DNA from: Saccostrea echinata
Lineage: Eukaryota
Reading direction: 5' to 3'
DNA: 64,000 bases
NCBI RefSeq assembly: GCF_033153115.1
Contig: NW_026889761.1
Location: forward strand, 8,618,001 to 8,682,000
Of this stretch, positions 25,318 through 39,600 are shown one piece after another. The translations under genes were made by a program, and so were the position numbers. Positions within the stretch are counted from its first letter, which is position 1. The number at the start of each line of letters is the position of its first letter. Below the pieces are notes generated by a model. It had not been told where the DNA came from and did not search any database. It was given only the letters and a program-made list of their open reading frames with translations.

Positions 25318-28300
25318 CTTCACGGCATCCTGTATATAAAAAGTAGTTCATGTACGGTAGGTATTGTTTACATATACCACATAAGTATACAGATCTTACT
25401 TTGAAATTAACCTTGAATAGGAATTAGAAACAATAAATAGTGGTACTGCAAAATATCATGACACATACATTAAAAAAGTTTCAGTCAACCCATTTTATAA
25501 ATATCAATATACAAATAAAGCAATTTGTTCACCTGGGAATCACTTCAATTTAAACCAGTTATTTTCTAAGTAATGTGTTTTTCATAATTATCAGTAAGGC
25601 ACATTAAATAATAAACTATTAAGAAAAGTCACCTTGATTTTAGCCCATTAGTGTGTGGACAGACAGAATCTATAGACTATAGCCTAATCTTATGATTATC
25701 AACCAAAACAAAAAATGACAAGCAAAGACAGAGGATTTAAAGTGAAATTATTTAAGAACAATCAGTATTAAATTTCATTTCAACAAATCTCCAGCGTATT
25801 ACCACCACATCCATATCGGATCCCACTTTTGTGCTCCCTAGGTCATCCAGATCCATCACGAACAACTCTCACTTGTCACAGACAGAAAGACAAACAGTGA
25901 ACCAGACAATTCCCTGCTAAAGAAATCACTGTTCCTGTTCCCACTTCCTTTGATAAACTTTGTCTTTTCTACACACCCAGTAACTTTATAAAGTAACCAT
26001 TCATCTGTCAATTTTAAACTGACAATGGAATGAGCAATAACCAAAAGCTTCCTACGTTTTTTAAACTATTGCTATCAATTACTTAATTTTTCATTGTGTA
26101 TTCATTTTAACAAGGCTCAAAGATAAATAAATCCAGCGAATTGATTGTTACGATCTTTTGAAGCGTTTCTCTGTTATAGAGAGTGAGGGTTAAAACTAAA
26201 CAGTTCCAGTAAGAGCTCTGCTCTGATGCATAGAAACCACTGAATGTCTGCCGATTTTACTTTAAGTGATGTAAAGATCTCAAAGGAAGAAAAAAATAAA
26301 TTGAACTAACTCACACCCCAAGTGCAGACTTTTATAGACTTGTTGGTAAGCTAGGGATATTTTACAGCTTTTGGGTGAAAAGGAACTTGGAATACCCATT
26401 GGAGAAAATGACATTTGGGTGATAAATGTTTATTTAAATGACCAAAGGAAATTGTGATAACATTGAGTAGACTTTAAATATATTTTCATTATAAAAAGTC
26501 TGATTGAAAAACAGGCTAAGTAAACGAGTTGTTCTTTTTTTTGAGGATTTTATTAGCTTTGACTGAGAAATAACTTACAGAGCAATAATAAGATCAGGGG
26601 AATTAACTCTGAGGATATTCCAGTGTGTTAGAGGATCAAATCGTGATGGATTTTCTTACCAATAAAGGTATGGAGAAAATAATTACAATTGTATGTGAAA
26701 TCTTACAGCTGCTGTAAAGAATTTTAGTTGAGAGCTTAAACAAAATACAATGATCAGATAAAGCTTAGAGAGATTACAGATAAAAGTAAAATATCATTAA
26801 GTATGATTAACAAGTAAAAGTGGGATCACACGAGAATCATCTCCGACGAATTGCAAAGAAGATAAAACTTACAGTGAAGGATGAAAAATAGACTCATAAA
26901 GATGTACTACATTAACCAATAAAACTCAGAGTAAAGCAACAAAATGCTGACAGAATCAGTAGAGTAGTACTTATATTACGGAGGCATTAAAAAATGTGGC
27001 TCTTAAATTGTCTGAAGAAAATTTCTACTCCTGCAAAATTAATTCTACACCCCACTTTTAAAATATCTGGAAGTAATTGTACTTTTTAACACATCTGAAA
27101 TTTTCATTAATTTTGACAAATAAATGTCTGAATTTTTATTAATTTTAACAAATAAATGTGTTATAGTTGAAAATATAATCATCACAAACATGCATTCACC
27201 AGAAATGTTTTGTCAAAACTTTGTGAGATTTTATACTTTAACTTGATAGTTTCCCACTTAATTTTAAATCCTTTGTGTCAAAATTCTATATACCGTTACT
27301 TTATATTTTCAGTCCTGTATTTTATGAAATGTGTCCATTTAATTTAAATCTTATTCAGGCTTACATTCCTTTAATTCAATATCATACCACTGATTGCATA
27401 TTCAAGAATTATGCTGATTTCTTTCACACCCATCCTAAAACTGTATTGAGCATTTCAGTTATTATTTCCAGATGATTATCGAAGTCTTTTGTTTAAATAC
27501 AAAATATACTGCTCTACAAAGAGTGAAAAACAAGCATGCAAGTTTAAGCCACAGTTCTGCTTTTTCATGATTCAACACTGCTTTTCCGCAAAAAAATTCT
27601 ACTTTTCCGCCACTTATCATACTCTTATTCAGCAATATTTTTTTTGTTTTTCCACAACTTTATTTTAACATGTACCTCTTCTGTTAGACAGGTCCTTTTG
27701 CATCATTTCTAATTGTGGCTTTGCATACTTTTCCTCTGCTGCATCGCCATTATTTAAATCATTTACTTTTCTGTATTATGCATTTTTACAGCAATTTGAT
27801 TCAGTATGAATAATTTCCATGACTTCAGAAACCTATCACCAACCAATATGAACTGCGAAATTCATGAAATTTTTATCGCTTCAATCCATGAATTCATATA
27901 AAGTTCTAAAATGACTAAAACTCTATGAGGAAATACAAGTAAATATCACCACTTTTTGATGCAAAGTACTACCTGTGGCCAAATAAAACTCGTGGAAAGA
28001 ATCGAGGTATCAAATAAAGGAGATACCCTATAACTTATAGTGTAAACCAATTGCAGAAAAGCGGTGTTAAGTAGTCGCAAAAAAGCAGAAAGGGCACGGA
28101 AAAGCAGAATGGCTGTTTAACATAAACTAAATCCATTGAAATTTTAACTTATTGATCTTGATTGGGTAAAAAGCACCTTTCACTAAAAATATATATCTAA
28201 TCGTAAGTAATCAAAAGTTTACTAAGATTACAAAGCTCACCACAACAAAAGTTATCTATAAGTAAGTCTTACCAAACAAATAATGTAAACACTTATTTTA

Positions 28301-28499
28301 GCAGTAATCATATTTTAACATCTTTAGTTCTACTTCCTTTCTGCTAAATTAGTATACACAATAAAAAAATTAGAACAAAAACATACGAGTATCGGAGGCC
28401 TGGATCCACAAGTACCAATTCATGGTTACCTTAAACAGATGATGAGGAGGTTTGTGCTAAATTTTGAGTGTGCTTATTTATGTACGTTTACAACATTCT

Positions 28500-30060
28500 G
28501 GTAGTGTGCATCCATAGATGCAACAATTATGCAAGTTTGGACTGGGTAGGATTTTTAGCTACTTTAAAATGAGCTTACTCCAAACTTAACCTGTTCAGTC
28601 ATCTGAAAAATTTAAGTAACATTCAGTGTCTGAAGCAAGTCTAGATGCATAATCCATGCAAGTTTGGTTAACATACATCATTGAATACCCATGGATGATC
28701 TCGTCTTTTACTCTTCAGATGAGTAAAAGACGATATCACCTGTGGATATCCGACAATGGTCAGCATAAGGCTTATACTGTAACCTGGTAATGAAACTTTA
28801 ATCTGGTAATTTATCCAGAAAATGTAGGTCATATCCTGAATCCAAAGCAAGTCTTGTAGCCTTTATCCCTACATCAATAATCCATGTACTATGTTTGGTC
28901 CAGGTAGCGCTTATGGTTACTTTGAATGGACCTGCTCCAAAAACATTAACCTATCTGGAAAATGTAGGTCAAATCCAGCATCTGAAGCTTGTCTTGTACA
29001 TGTTGTAGAGTGCATTTGCCATTCCTGTATGTTTCATCCATGCAAGTTAAGTCACCATTGGACTTATAGTTACTTGGGAAAGGACCCGCTTCAAGAACTT
29101 AAATCTGTTCACTCACATGAAATATGTAGGTCAAATCCAGCATCTGAAGCTAGTCTTTCAGTGTGCATGGCATGCCTATATGTCTCATCCACACAAGTCT
29201 AGTCACCAACATTACCATTGTACCTGCTCCAAAAACTTTAACCTGTTCACTCATATGGAAAATGTAGGTCAGATCCAGCACCTGAAGCTAGTCTTGTAGT
29301 CTGCATCCACAGATGTATCATCCATGCAAGTTTAGTCACCATGGGGCTTATAGTTACTTCTGAATGGACCTGCACCAAAACTTTTATCTGCTCACTCATC
29401 GGAAAAATAAAGATCTGATCAAGCATCAGAAGGAAGTCTGGTAGTGCACATTCCTGGATGCTTCATCCATGCAAAATCGGTCACCATTGGGTTTATAGGT
29501 ACTTTAGAATGAACCTGCTCCAAAAACATCAACCTGGTCACTCATCCCAAAAATGTAGGTCAGATTCAGCATCTGAAGCAAATCTCTAGTTGCATCATAA
29601 TTATAAGAATTTTGGTTCAGATAGAACTTAAAGTTAATTGTTAATGAGCCTGTTCCAAAAAACTTTAGCGTGTTTATTCATGTAGAAAAAATTTACCGAT
29701 AAAATCTAAAGCAAACTTTCATCCCAACATCAATAATCCATGCAAGTTTGGTTCAAGTACAACTTCTAGTTATTTGGAAATGGGCCTGCTCCAAAAACTT
29801 TAACCTGTAAACTGAGCTGGAAAATAAAGGTCAGATCCAGAAGCATATCTGGTAGTGTGCATCTCTAGATGCATCATACATACAAGTTTGTTAACCACAG
29901 GGCTTACAGTAACTTTTGAATGAACCTGCTAAAAAAAAACTTAAACTAGGTCACTCATCCAAAAAAATGTACCAGTAGGCCAGATCCAGCATCAGAGATT
30001 TGGTCTAAGTAGGACTTATAGTTTCTTGGAAATGAGACCTGATCCAAAAACTTGAACCAC
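28500..30060. repeat. Degenerate tandem array (~140-160 bp unit, about 10 copies), probably an old Helentron-borne satellite
   Basis: Recurring TCCATGCAAGTT, CCTGCTCCAAAAAC, AAAATGTAGGTCA and ATCTGAAGC (e.g. ~28980, 29142, 29280, 29425, 29571). Confidence 0.75.
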
Positions 30061-30064
30061 CTCC

Positions 30065-30200
30065 AACAAAAGACCCATGGGACACAGTGCTCACCTGAGT
30101 CATACAGACCCTGCTCTTTTTCAGAACAGTGGCCCTACCCTACCCCTGATGGACCATTATTTGAACATTCTTCAATTGATCTGAGGATGCTTGCATCATT
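30065..30200. mobile_element. Truncated end of the Helentron-like family seen at 49998
   Basis: AACAAAAGACCCATGGGACACAGTGCTCACCTGAGT matches AACAAGAGGCCCATGGGCCACAACGCTCACCTGAGT. Confidence 0.6.
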
Positions 30201-30374
30201 ACCTTATTATCATACCAAATAAACTAAAATGCTAATTCAGAATATGTCTCACTGAACCTATCAAAAGCTGACAGTGTCCCAGATATATTATATGATTCAG
30301 ACATCATCATTGAAGTATTTTTTCTTTGTGAAGTTGTCTGTTGGTGTTGAAACAAGAAAGGAGAAAATATGACC

Positions 30375-30666
30375 GACCAGACCACTATTCAAACCCAGGC
30401 CTACTGAACACAAGAAAGTAGCTCCACCAATTGAGCAATATGACCTTACAAATATACCCACCTAAACACCACAGTCCTCCCTCCTTGAATGACTTTGCCC
30501 TTGAAGACACCAACCCAGACTTTCCTGGCAGCTTTCACCTGTCACTTCCAGGGCATAGCACAGAACCAAATATAACAGAAAGGGTGAAAATTACACAGAC
30601 CAGACCAGGATTTGAACCTGGGCCCCTCAACTCTAGAAGTTGCTTTACCAAGTAAGCTATCTGGCC
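30375..30666 (-). repeat. Two degenerate tRNA-like units in direct orientation (repeat-derived, not functional tRNAs)
   Basis: Minus strand 30666-30598 reads GGCCAGATAGCTTACTTGGTAAAGCA...GGTTCAAATCCTGGTCTGGTC (A and B boxes); a more decayed copy lies at 30445-30375. Confidence 0.55.
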
Positions 30667-33600
30667 ACCATCAAACAAACCCATCTGACTCACAGTCTAT
30701 TATTGGAAGGATTTGAAATACAATGTAAATTAGGTAAATGGTCTGATCAATGCATAAAAACAGAACCAAAGTCAACAGAAAATGGGTCATGACCAAACTG
30801 AAGAATCCAGGTGAAGGGGGAGATTGGTTAGGATATATGTTTTGAAAAATTGGAAGAAGAATGAAAACACAAACACAACACAAAGAAAACAAATGGTAAC
30901 AACACCTGTTAAAAAAAATGTGACCAGATTCAAAACTCATGTGATAGGTTAATTATAGGCATATCTACAAGCAGATGCTTTACTCAGTAATTTTTGAGTT
31001 AAAATCTTTACCAGTACATGGACAATAAGTTTTTCAAAGATAAATAATAGGTCAATAATCAAATCAACTAAGGCAAAGACAATACCAATCATTTTCATGA
31101 AGTTGCCAAGTCTTATTGACTTTTTCAAAAAAATGTACTCACTGGTAACCCCATGACTTGGAATTGGGGATTCTTCTTAAAATCCTCCCCCATTTTTAGG
31201 AGGCTGGGAAAACAGTCACAGACACAACACTAACAATTAGAATCTCAGATTGTTTTAAAATTCCCTGGTACGCTATCATAGTATTCATCACAACAAGGCA
31301 CTTAAACAAGAACCCTCAAGCATTAGTTTGATTTAAATGCCAATAGAATTCCCTATAGATTAGTTAGTCCCTGATCTAACAATGCTGCTAATTAAAATCA
31401 GATGTATTAAACTGCTGCTTAATCAGGTATTGTGAATAAATATTCAAATCCACCTACAGGTATTTTGTGTGTTTGAAACTTGAAAATTGAAAGTTTCAAT
31501 CACTCATTCACTCAGGGGAATATTGAAGGGATATTTCAAATTTTTATGAACATATAGAATAATTTCAAGAGTCTGCAAATATTAATTATTTTCCATAATT
31601 GATAGAACTCTTCAAAATTTATTGAATGAAACATTTAATTCCAGTGTTGTGGGGTAAGAGGTGTATTTCAGCATTAGAGGTTCTTTATGGGTGCTAATCC
31701 CTGTGGATTTGGCCCCCTGAACTATCTCTTTAGTGGTCTGTCAGTTAGACTAGCTCTTGAAAAGCACCGATAAACTTCACTCAGTCCCTCAAAGCTACAC
31801 AAGACTTTGATTTATCAGAACTCTCAATGAAGTAAAAACACCGACCTTTATCTTAACAACAGCCAATATACCCTGTCTGAATCCTATCAGAGGAAATGGG
31901 GGGTTACACTCAGAAAGAGACAGAAACTTTTATATTGGTAGGTAATGTTTATGTTCATAATGTCAAAATATACATTAGCATAATATAAAATGCACTTAAT
32001 AAAAACTACTTTTAACAAGTTTTAAATGGGGAAAAAATAATCATTAAAAATGAAATGTACTTCCTTGAGTACCACCCTGGAGCCATAAAAATTGAAGACA
32101 ACTTAAGACATCATCAAGGGCCATAAAAATACCTTTAGATAATGATTGCTTTTTGACCTTGACCTTTCAAAGCAAATATGGAGGCATCATTTCTTTTAGG
32201 TCTTTATAGGTGATCATGAATATTGTGAAGTCTACAGATTGAGAGGTATTGAAGTATTCTCATCCTGGATGTTGTTGTACAATACAATACAGATATACAT
32301 TAAGGTTAGCAAAATGAAGACATCATCAAATAAAAGTCAAGCAGTCAAAGGTCAAGGTCAGTTTTTGAAAACAGTTTTGAGCATAAAAAGTACCATAGTT
32401 CTCCATTAGTTGAAGTTATCAGTAACCCAATGTTTTTTAAATTGACATTTGACTGATCATGTAATCATTCCCAACTACATCACAGTATACTGTCATATAT
32501 AATATCTATATGTATGTAGCAAATGGAAAAGGGTACTTGAGCCATCTTTTTTGAATAAAAGTGTTTTGGGATGTTCAGAAAGCTAATTTTTGTAGGAACC
32601 CCCAATATATTTAACAAAAGGGAATGTATGGATCAAAATATCAGGATCAATAATATCACCTCCTTTAATAATGAAGTTCAATACTTTAACATGCAGAAAA
32701 AAATGTGTGGATTTTAAAAGTACTTTAGGAATAAGAAAACCTTGAGAGAAAAATCTGACATATTAGGGCTAAATAACTCACCAAAAACAATTCACAATTT
32801 TTGAGACTTTTGTCTATTTTACATGTACCTGCCAGGCAATGTTTGTCCTGGAAAAATTCAGGACATTAATGTATTTGTAAACAGAAACAAGAATCCAGCA
32901 TTAAAACCCTGTACTGTTCCTGTAAATGTAACATCTGTACAAATATAACCAACAGTCATAAGTTAATTACAATTTATGATGAAAACAAAGGAAGATAAAT
33001 CATGAACAGCTGCAATAGCCGATAATAGAGGATGTCGATCAGTTTTGTGCCGTTTCAAAATTACATTTTTCTATAACCATATTTATATATTGTATATAGG
33101 TAATACATAACAATTAATATAAGTGACACATGGATATAATGAATTTTTATATAAATATTTTACAGGAAAATCCTCCCGAGTGTCCCTTACCTTAATCATA
33201 AATTTAAAAAAAAATGATATTTTTTTTTTTTTTAGAAAAGGTTATTATCAAACATTCCGTTTACATTAAAATTCTTGTTAGTAATTAATATTTTTCTGTA
33301 TATTCTCCCAAACCAATACTGTCATTGTTTGTAAATCATTGTGTTTCAAATATAAAGTTTTTTTCACAATGTATATTGAAATTTGAATCGTATAATATGC
33401 AGAACTTTTTTCAAATTCACAAAATTATGTTCACAACCCAGTTTTCCTTAGGAGAATGTTGGTTTACCTTCATATACTTGAATCAATCTTTATTTTAAGA
33501 AATTGATGAATATTTTAACTTTATCATTACTGCTTGTGGTATTCATATCTATAAACTATCCAGTACTTATAAATACAAGAGATTAATTATATTCAATGAG

Positions 33601-36079
33601 TTTATTAATAATATATTAATCCAATCTATTTTAATTCAATTGATTTAATGATAAATATTTCAAGATTGTATATAATTGTTTGAAAAATATATAAATACCA
33701 AATATTTTCTTATCTTTAAAAATAAAATTTATTTAAGAAACACTTTAGATTCTTGTGAATATTTTAAGTTCTAAAATCAAAAAGAAATAAAAGATTTAAA
33801 CAAATTTCATATGTTTTCTAATTTTGTGAAACTTTTCTTTTTCATTTATAAATTCATCAACATTTACACTTGACACATTGAAAGCAAAGAACAAATAATA
33901 TTGAAAATTAGAGCATTCTTCAAATTTTTCATTAAATAATTTGACTACACTACCATAGTTAAATGCAAAAAAAATCTTACACTTTCATATTGCACTTCCA
34001 TACCTTCATCATCATCAATTCTTAAATTACACTAAAACTCTGAACACTGTCAGTATAATATTTAAATTACCCCCTGAGTAGACAACAAAAAAAAATTAAT
34101 GATGAGTAGCATTGATTTTGCACACGCATCAGTTGTGTGCATCTTTAGGATCACATTGTGTGGGTGACGTCGAAGCGTGGAGGGTTTATTATTAATCTGT
34201 CAATAATCCCCCCTGACTTGAACTGGAGACACTCAAAAGAAACATTTAAACATTATCTTCTATACACTCTAATCAAGCTTTTAAATACATTGTGTACAGA
34301 TTAAATCATTTAACTGGCGGCCATGTTACTATGAAGGGCTAGGACAATAGGGTGTATGTGTTTGTTGGAATCTCTGAAGTAAGTGTCTATAAAATTATCA
34401 AACATCAGCATTGTTAATGTCCAAAACTCAGGAAACTTGATACGTAATTTATGTAAGTATTTGTAAATCAATTAAAACAAGCAAAAAATTATAAAAATCA
34501 ATTTCATAGTTCTTAAAACCTGAGATGGGCAGTGTACTGTAGATATGTATATTTGTTCTTTTTTTTTTTTTAAGTAATCACGATAATGCAATACCGAATG
34601 ACTTTTAAATAAATCATCTAGAAGTGAACCTCATTAATAAAGAGTCTGAATTTCTTTTAAAACATGATATATGTGGTGTAGTTTTATTGCATTTAAAATA
34701 GTATGAAATTGAACCCAAATTATTGCAACCACAATTAAGTAACTTGCCTGCAAATGATCAAAAGACTGCAAGACCCTACAAATTTTATATATATATATAC
34801 AAATTTCATGTTGAAAAGTCTTCAATAGATGGAACAAACAAAAAAAAATCTCACATGAAATTATAGAGAGAAATAATCTTCACCAGCTTCAAACAGCAGT
34901 ATATCACGTACCAAAGGTAAATGAAGAATTTCTGCCAATTTCAAGGTCAAAGGTCAAGGTCAACTCTAAATGTAACACTGAAAACATGACTTTGGATGAT
35001 AATATATCTCCCATAACCAATCTTATTGAGGCAGCTTAATGAAATTGTTTAAACTTCAGATGATCAGACATTATAATTTCTTGGATAATTTTCCTTCATA
35101 TGAATTTCAAAAAGTAAGGAAAGGATGAGGCTATATAAATCCTCTATCATGAAAAGGGTAAATAAGATAAAATGTAATTTCCAGCTAAGAAGTTTAAATC
35201 TGAGCAATTCCTTCCATAGATCAATATATGTACCTCTAATTCACAGTAATGTGTAAAGGGAAAAAAAAAATTTACTACCCCATCCCCATGGATACCCCCC
35301 CCCCCCAATCTCCGAAAGTTTCTCGTCCACATTGGTGCTAGTTAAACATGCAAGACAATGACAACTTTCAGTCCTGTGAATCACTTTTCTCTCCAGGAGT
35401 ATATATATATATTTTTTACATCCTTAAAACCTCAATTAACATTTTTCTGTTAAGATTATATGTTTGATATACTAACCAGTTCTGGACAGTACAATATTTA
35501 TAATGATAACACCCAATGAAATTCTCTTTTGGAGCTTATGTGCAAGTTTAAAGTAACAAGTATCAGTTGCAAAATGTTAAATCAATTAACATATATGGTC
35601 ACAACGTCAAGTTCCAGTCCCATATAACTTGAAACACAATGTACAAGTAAACAGAAATTGAGTACTTTTACATCTTTTTGATGGCTCATGTGTTAATTGG
35701 ACTTTCCACATAGCGAAATATGGAGAGGAATTTAATACCCGGTTTAGGGCAATTGGGTCAGTATTCCCCTAGTCTTCCCCAAATTCTGTCACAATATTAG
35801 CATCAAGCACCTATGTATTGACATACTGAAATTTTTTCGTAGTGATAAGGATTTTCATCTAGAGGTCCAATAGAAGAAGTGTCATTATCATGATTATGGT
35901 ACAGAAAAGCTTTTAATTACAAAATATGATTAAAGGGCATATAATCATTTACCTAGAAATATCAGGTATATCATTTTTTAATCTTAGACTTATCTGGGTT
36001 TGAAAATTTCTTTGATTTGCAGAGGGTATTACTAAGAGTGTAATACTGGGGATGGGTTTTCCAGAACTTGCTACAATTT

Positions 36080-36500
36080 GTTTGCCTGGCTATTATGGAT
36101 GTCTTAACTGGTATCGCTAACTAAAACCTAGACAGAACTAGACAGATAACCAGGCAACGAAACAATTCCACAGCCTGTTTTAAAAATAAATAGAATATAT
36201 CTCATTACCAACATCTTTTCGTTTTATGTGTTTTTTCTTCTGCAACAAAATTTGGAGTGATCTCCCTTAGCGGAAGTTTTATGCATCACTAAGGAAGTGA
36301 AGTTGGTATTTCTCAGTTAAATTATTTTTGCTTAAAGCATGTGTTTTATATCTTCCGATGAAAAAGTTTATCAAAGGAGATTAGAGTCTATAGTTTAACA
36401 TAATACAAATCTGATAAAAGTCGTCAAAATGATATTTAACTTGATAAGCATATCTCCATGTGACGTCACATTGTTGAAATATGGCGGACGCGGGAGAGAA
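36080..36500. promoter_or_regulatory. Putative promoter of FAM228, possibly bidirectional with PFN4
   Basis: X-box-like GATAACCAGGCAAC 36145-36158, ETS-like CGGAAGT ~36271, perfect CRE TGACGTCA 36461-36468, YY1-type AAATATGGCGG 36477-36487. Confidence 0.5.
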
Positions 36501-36600
36501 GGCGAGGAACTCGAATCAATGTAAAAATTATTTTCATTGATTTCAGGCTGTTTGATCCCAGTTTTGTGTAATCTCACCCTCAGGGGTGAGGAAAATAATC

Positions 36601-39600
36601 ATGACATCATTACTATGTGTTAAGCAGCCTGGGGGCAAGGTTCAAGTTCATTCATCGGATTTAGTTGAAGAACTGATGATAGATGGTAAAGATCACATCA
36701 CCACGATGGTAAGCGCTGCTCACTTATTAGAAGTCGACAATGTTGGGGCAGGGGAGTTCAATATAATTAGTGATTTTCACAGAGTTGGCTTGAAGTAATG
36801 TGATTATTATTTTTTTTAAAACAGAAAATGAATAAAAGTGATGTGCAAAGAAGACGGGCTAAAAGACCTATGTCTACATCTGTCATTCAGAGTAAAGTAG
36901 ATTCCAAATGTCTGATAGGCCAGACTCTTCGAGTGCAAGATTGGCTGAATGAAAAAACTGTGAGAGGATTGCAGGTAAAAAATGTATTAAAGAAGAAAAC
37001 AACAACAACAACCCAGAAATGCTATTTTGATGACATACTCACATTATTTTGTTTTTTTCTTGTTTGATTCTCAAATAATTCTGTAATTACCTGAGTCAAG
37101 AAAATAATCATAAATGGCATGAAAATAATGAATACATGTACCATATATTCTTTTGTATATTTTAGAAAAAAAAATTATGCTAGTGTTGCATGTCATTGCT
37201 AGTAAACATATGAATATTACACTATGAAGCAATTGAGTGAAAGCAACTACATGTATTTTGTTATTCAGATTAAGTAATATCTATTCACATGTACCACTCT
37301 TTGGTAATAATAGTTCTGTATTGTTTTGGGGGGTTGAACATTTTATTTGTGTTTACAGTTTGCTATACCTCAGGCCTGGGTTGATCAACAGGTACCTTCA
37401 CATCCTTTTCAGCTTACTGCTAAATCTACTTTTCGTTAAAATATAGCTTTATTCATTGTAGAATAAGGAACTGTATTTCACATAATATCAACACAAGAGA
37501 GCACTCTGCATGTACTTTAGACCAGTGATACTTTATCAATATTTCAATGGAAATTAATTAACTTAATTGCACTTTAATATGTATGATAAAAAAGGATAGG
37601 GAAAAAACCAAACTGTTTTCATTTTCTATGAATTGTAAGCACCCATTAAAACTGAAATGGGTCTAAAAAAGAAGTATGAAAGTGTTGCTTTCTTCAATGT
37701 TATGCCTTTCTTTGTTTTACTCTTGACTGTCATTATGCTTTAAAGATAATGTTTTTCAGTAAATACTCTCTAGAATCTGTTACTTTTAAGTAAGGAACAC
37801 ATAACATACTGGGAGAGGGATACTCTTATCTCTGTAGATTACTTGCCTTTATTTCTCTTTCTGAGTTCATTAGATACAATTTCAGATTGTCAACTCTACG
37901 TATATGAAGGTAGGGGGACCATGCATTAAATCGCATGGGCTGCATGGATTGATGTGATCCGCAGACACCAAGGCTACAATTAATTTCTGCATGTGTCTAT
38001 TATGATTTTTTTTTTCTTACTTTACTTGCAACTTTTTTAAATATTATACAATTTCTGTGCCTAATTTTGGCAGCTTCAAATGTATTAATGCATACTGTGT
38101 ATCCTTACTAGGTTTGACAAGTTGCATGATTAGAATTGAACATGCACATATTCATTTTTACCTCCAATAGCTTTCATATTTTCTTTTGCATGCATATAAT
38201 TCTCTGTATAAAAATATATTTTTGTGCACATATGAGTGACTTGTATAATGCATGTATTGGTATCTAGTAGTATCCTACTTCATATTTTTATACGCATTGT
38301 ATCTTAAATATGAATTGTTCTTTCTACATTCAGTAGGGTAATTGTTAATCATGTCACTTTTGTTTTCTGATAAATCAGATTTATTTTTAGGAGAGATCGG
38401 ATATGGAAACAAAGGAAGCCAGAGAATTATACAATCCTCTTCTGGAAGTGGAAAACACATTTGTCAGGGTAATTAAATTCTATTCATTAGAATTTGAATA
38501 CATTTTTTGTGTGGTTGCATATATATCTGAGATATTTTGTGTCTACATCATTGTATGAGGAGATGTCAAATGTGTAATGAAATACAGTAAATTTTGTTAT
38601 AGTTTATTTAGTTGTCAATCTTTACAAAATAATTTTTTTTGCTAAAATCCCAACCTGCCCTTATTTATAGCTATCAGTGTGTGATTGTGTGCAAACAATT
38701 TTGTTTCTTGAGTTGGTGATTTTGCATCTTGTAGAGGAAGTGTAAAATTGTGATGTTTCGACCATGTTAACAAAATTGTTATTGATTCTATGGAATTGTG
38801 TTGTGTTTCTAAGTACACCTTGCACTGGGAAAAAAAAGAAGTACCGGGGTTTATAAACTGAATTCAACATCTTAATTTGATAATAAGTCAGGGGATTTCT
38901 TTAAAAGAGGAAAATAATTTTTGACACTTCCAGTTGGATAATCAATAAGTTCAGTATATCAGTATAAATAGTTAAAGAACCATTTATGGTCAGATAATGC
39001 TAAAGTTGTTTGTTGAAATGTAATTTCTGTAATAAAATGAATTTTACATATAAATAAAAGACAACAATGTTTGTTATAGGACTTAGAAAACAAAGTAAAC
39101 ACCAAGGAGGTTCTGGATCTGCGGAAGCGTGAGATGTTACACAAGAAGTGGAATGATCGTGTGTATGAACCGCTTAGGGAGAAAATCATCGACGTGATGG
39201 ATGGCGAAGACTGGCCAGAACTAGACCGTCGAAAACGAGAGCTGCACAAACAGTATCTGGAGTTTGTCAACCAGAAGGTCTGCTCTAAAGTTGATCAAAG
39301 TATTATTTGTGTTTCTGCTAGTTAAAAAATAATAAAGAGTCCCAAGTCATGAAGCATAAAATGTTGCAGGAAGTAAATCTGAGTGTTTACTGGTATAACT
39401 ATATACAGTAAATAATACACAAAAAAAATCTTAGGATAAAAAAAGGGGGCTGCCAAAAATAGTTTGAATTCCCATAATTTAACAAAAAAAATTTGATTTA
39501 AAGAAAGTATAAATTACTGCTGTTTTAAACAAAATCAATAAATCATGTATGTTTATTTGTTTGCAGGGTCATGTATTTTTAGATACAATGGATCCAGCTG

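Noticed and set aside
36481-36540. Upstream ATG (MADAGEK...) as FAM228 start
   Set aside because: Stops after 19 codons; splicing to the nearby acceptor would need a ~26 nt intron; the ATG lies in a YY1-type motif.
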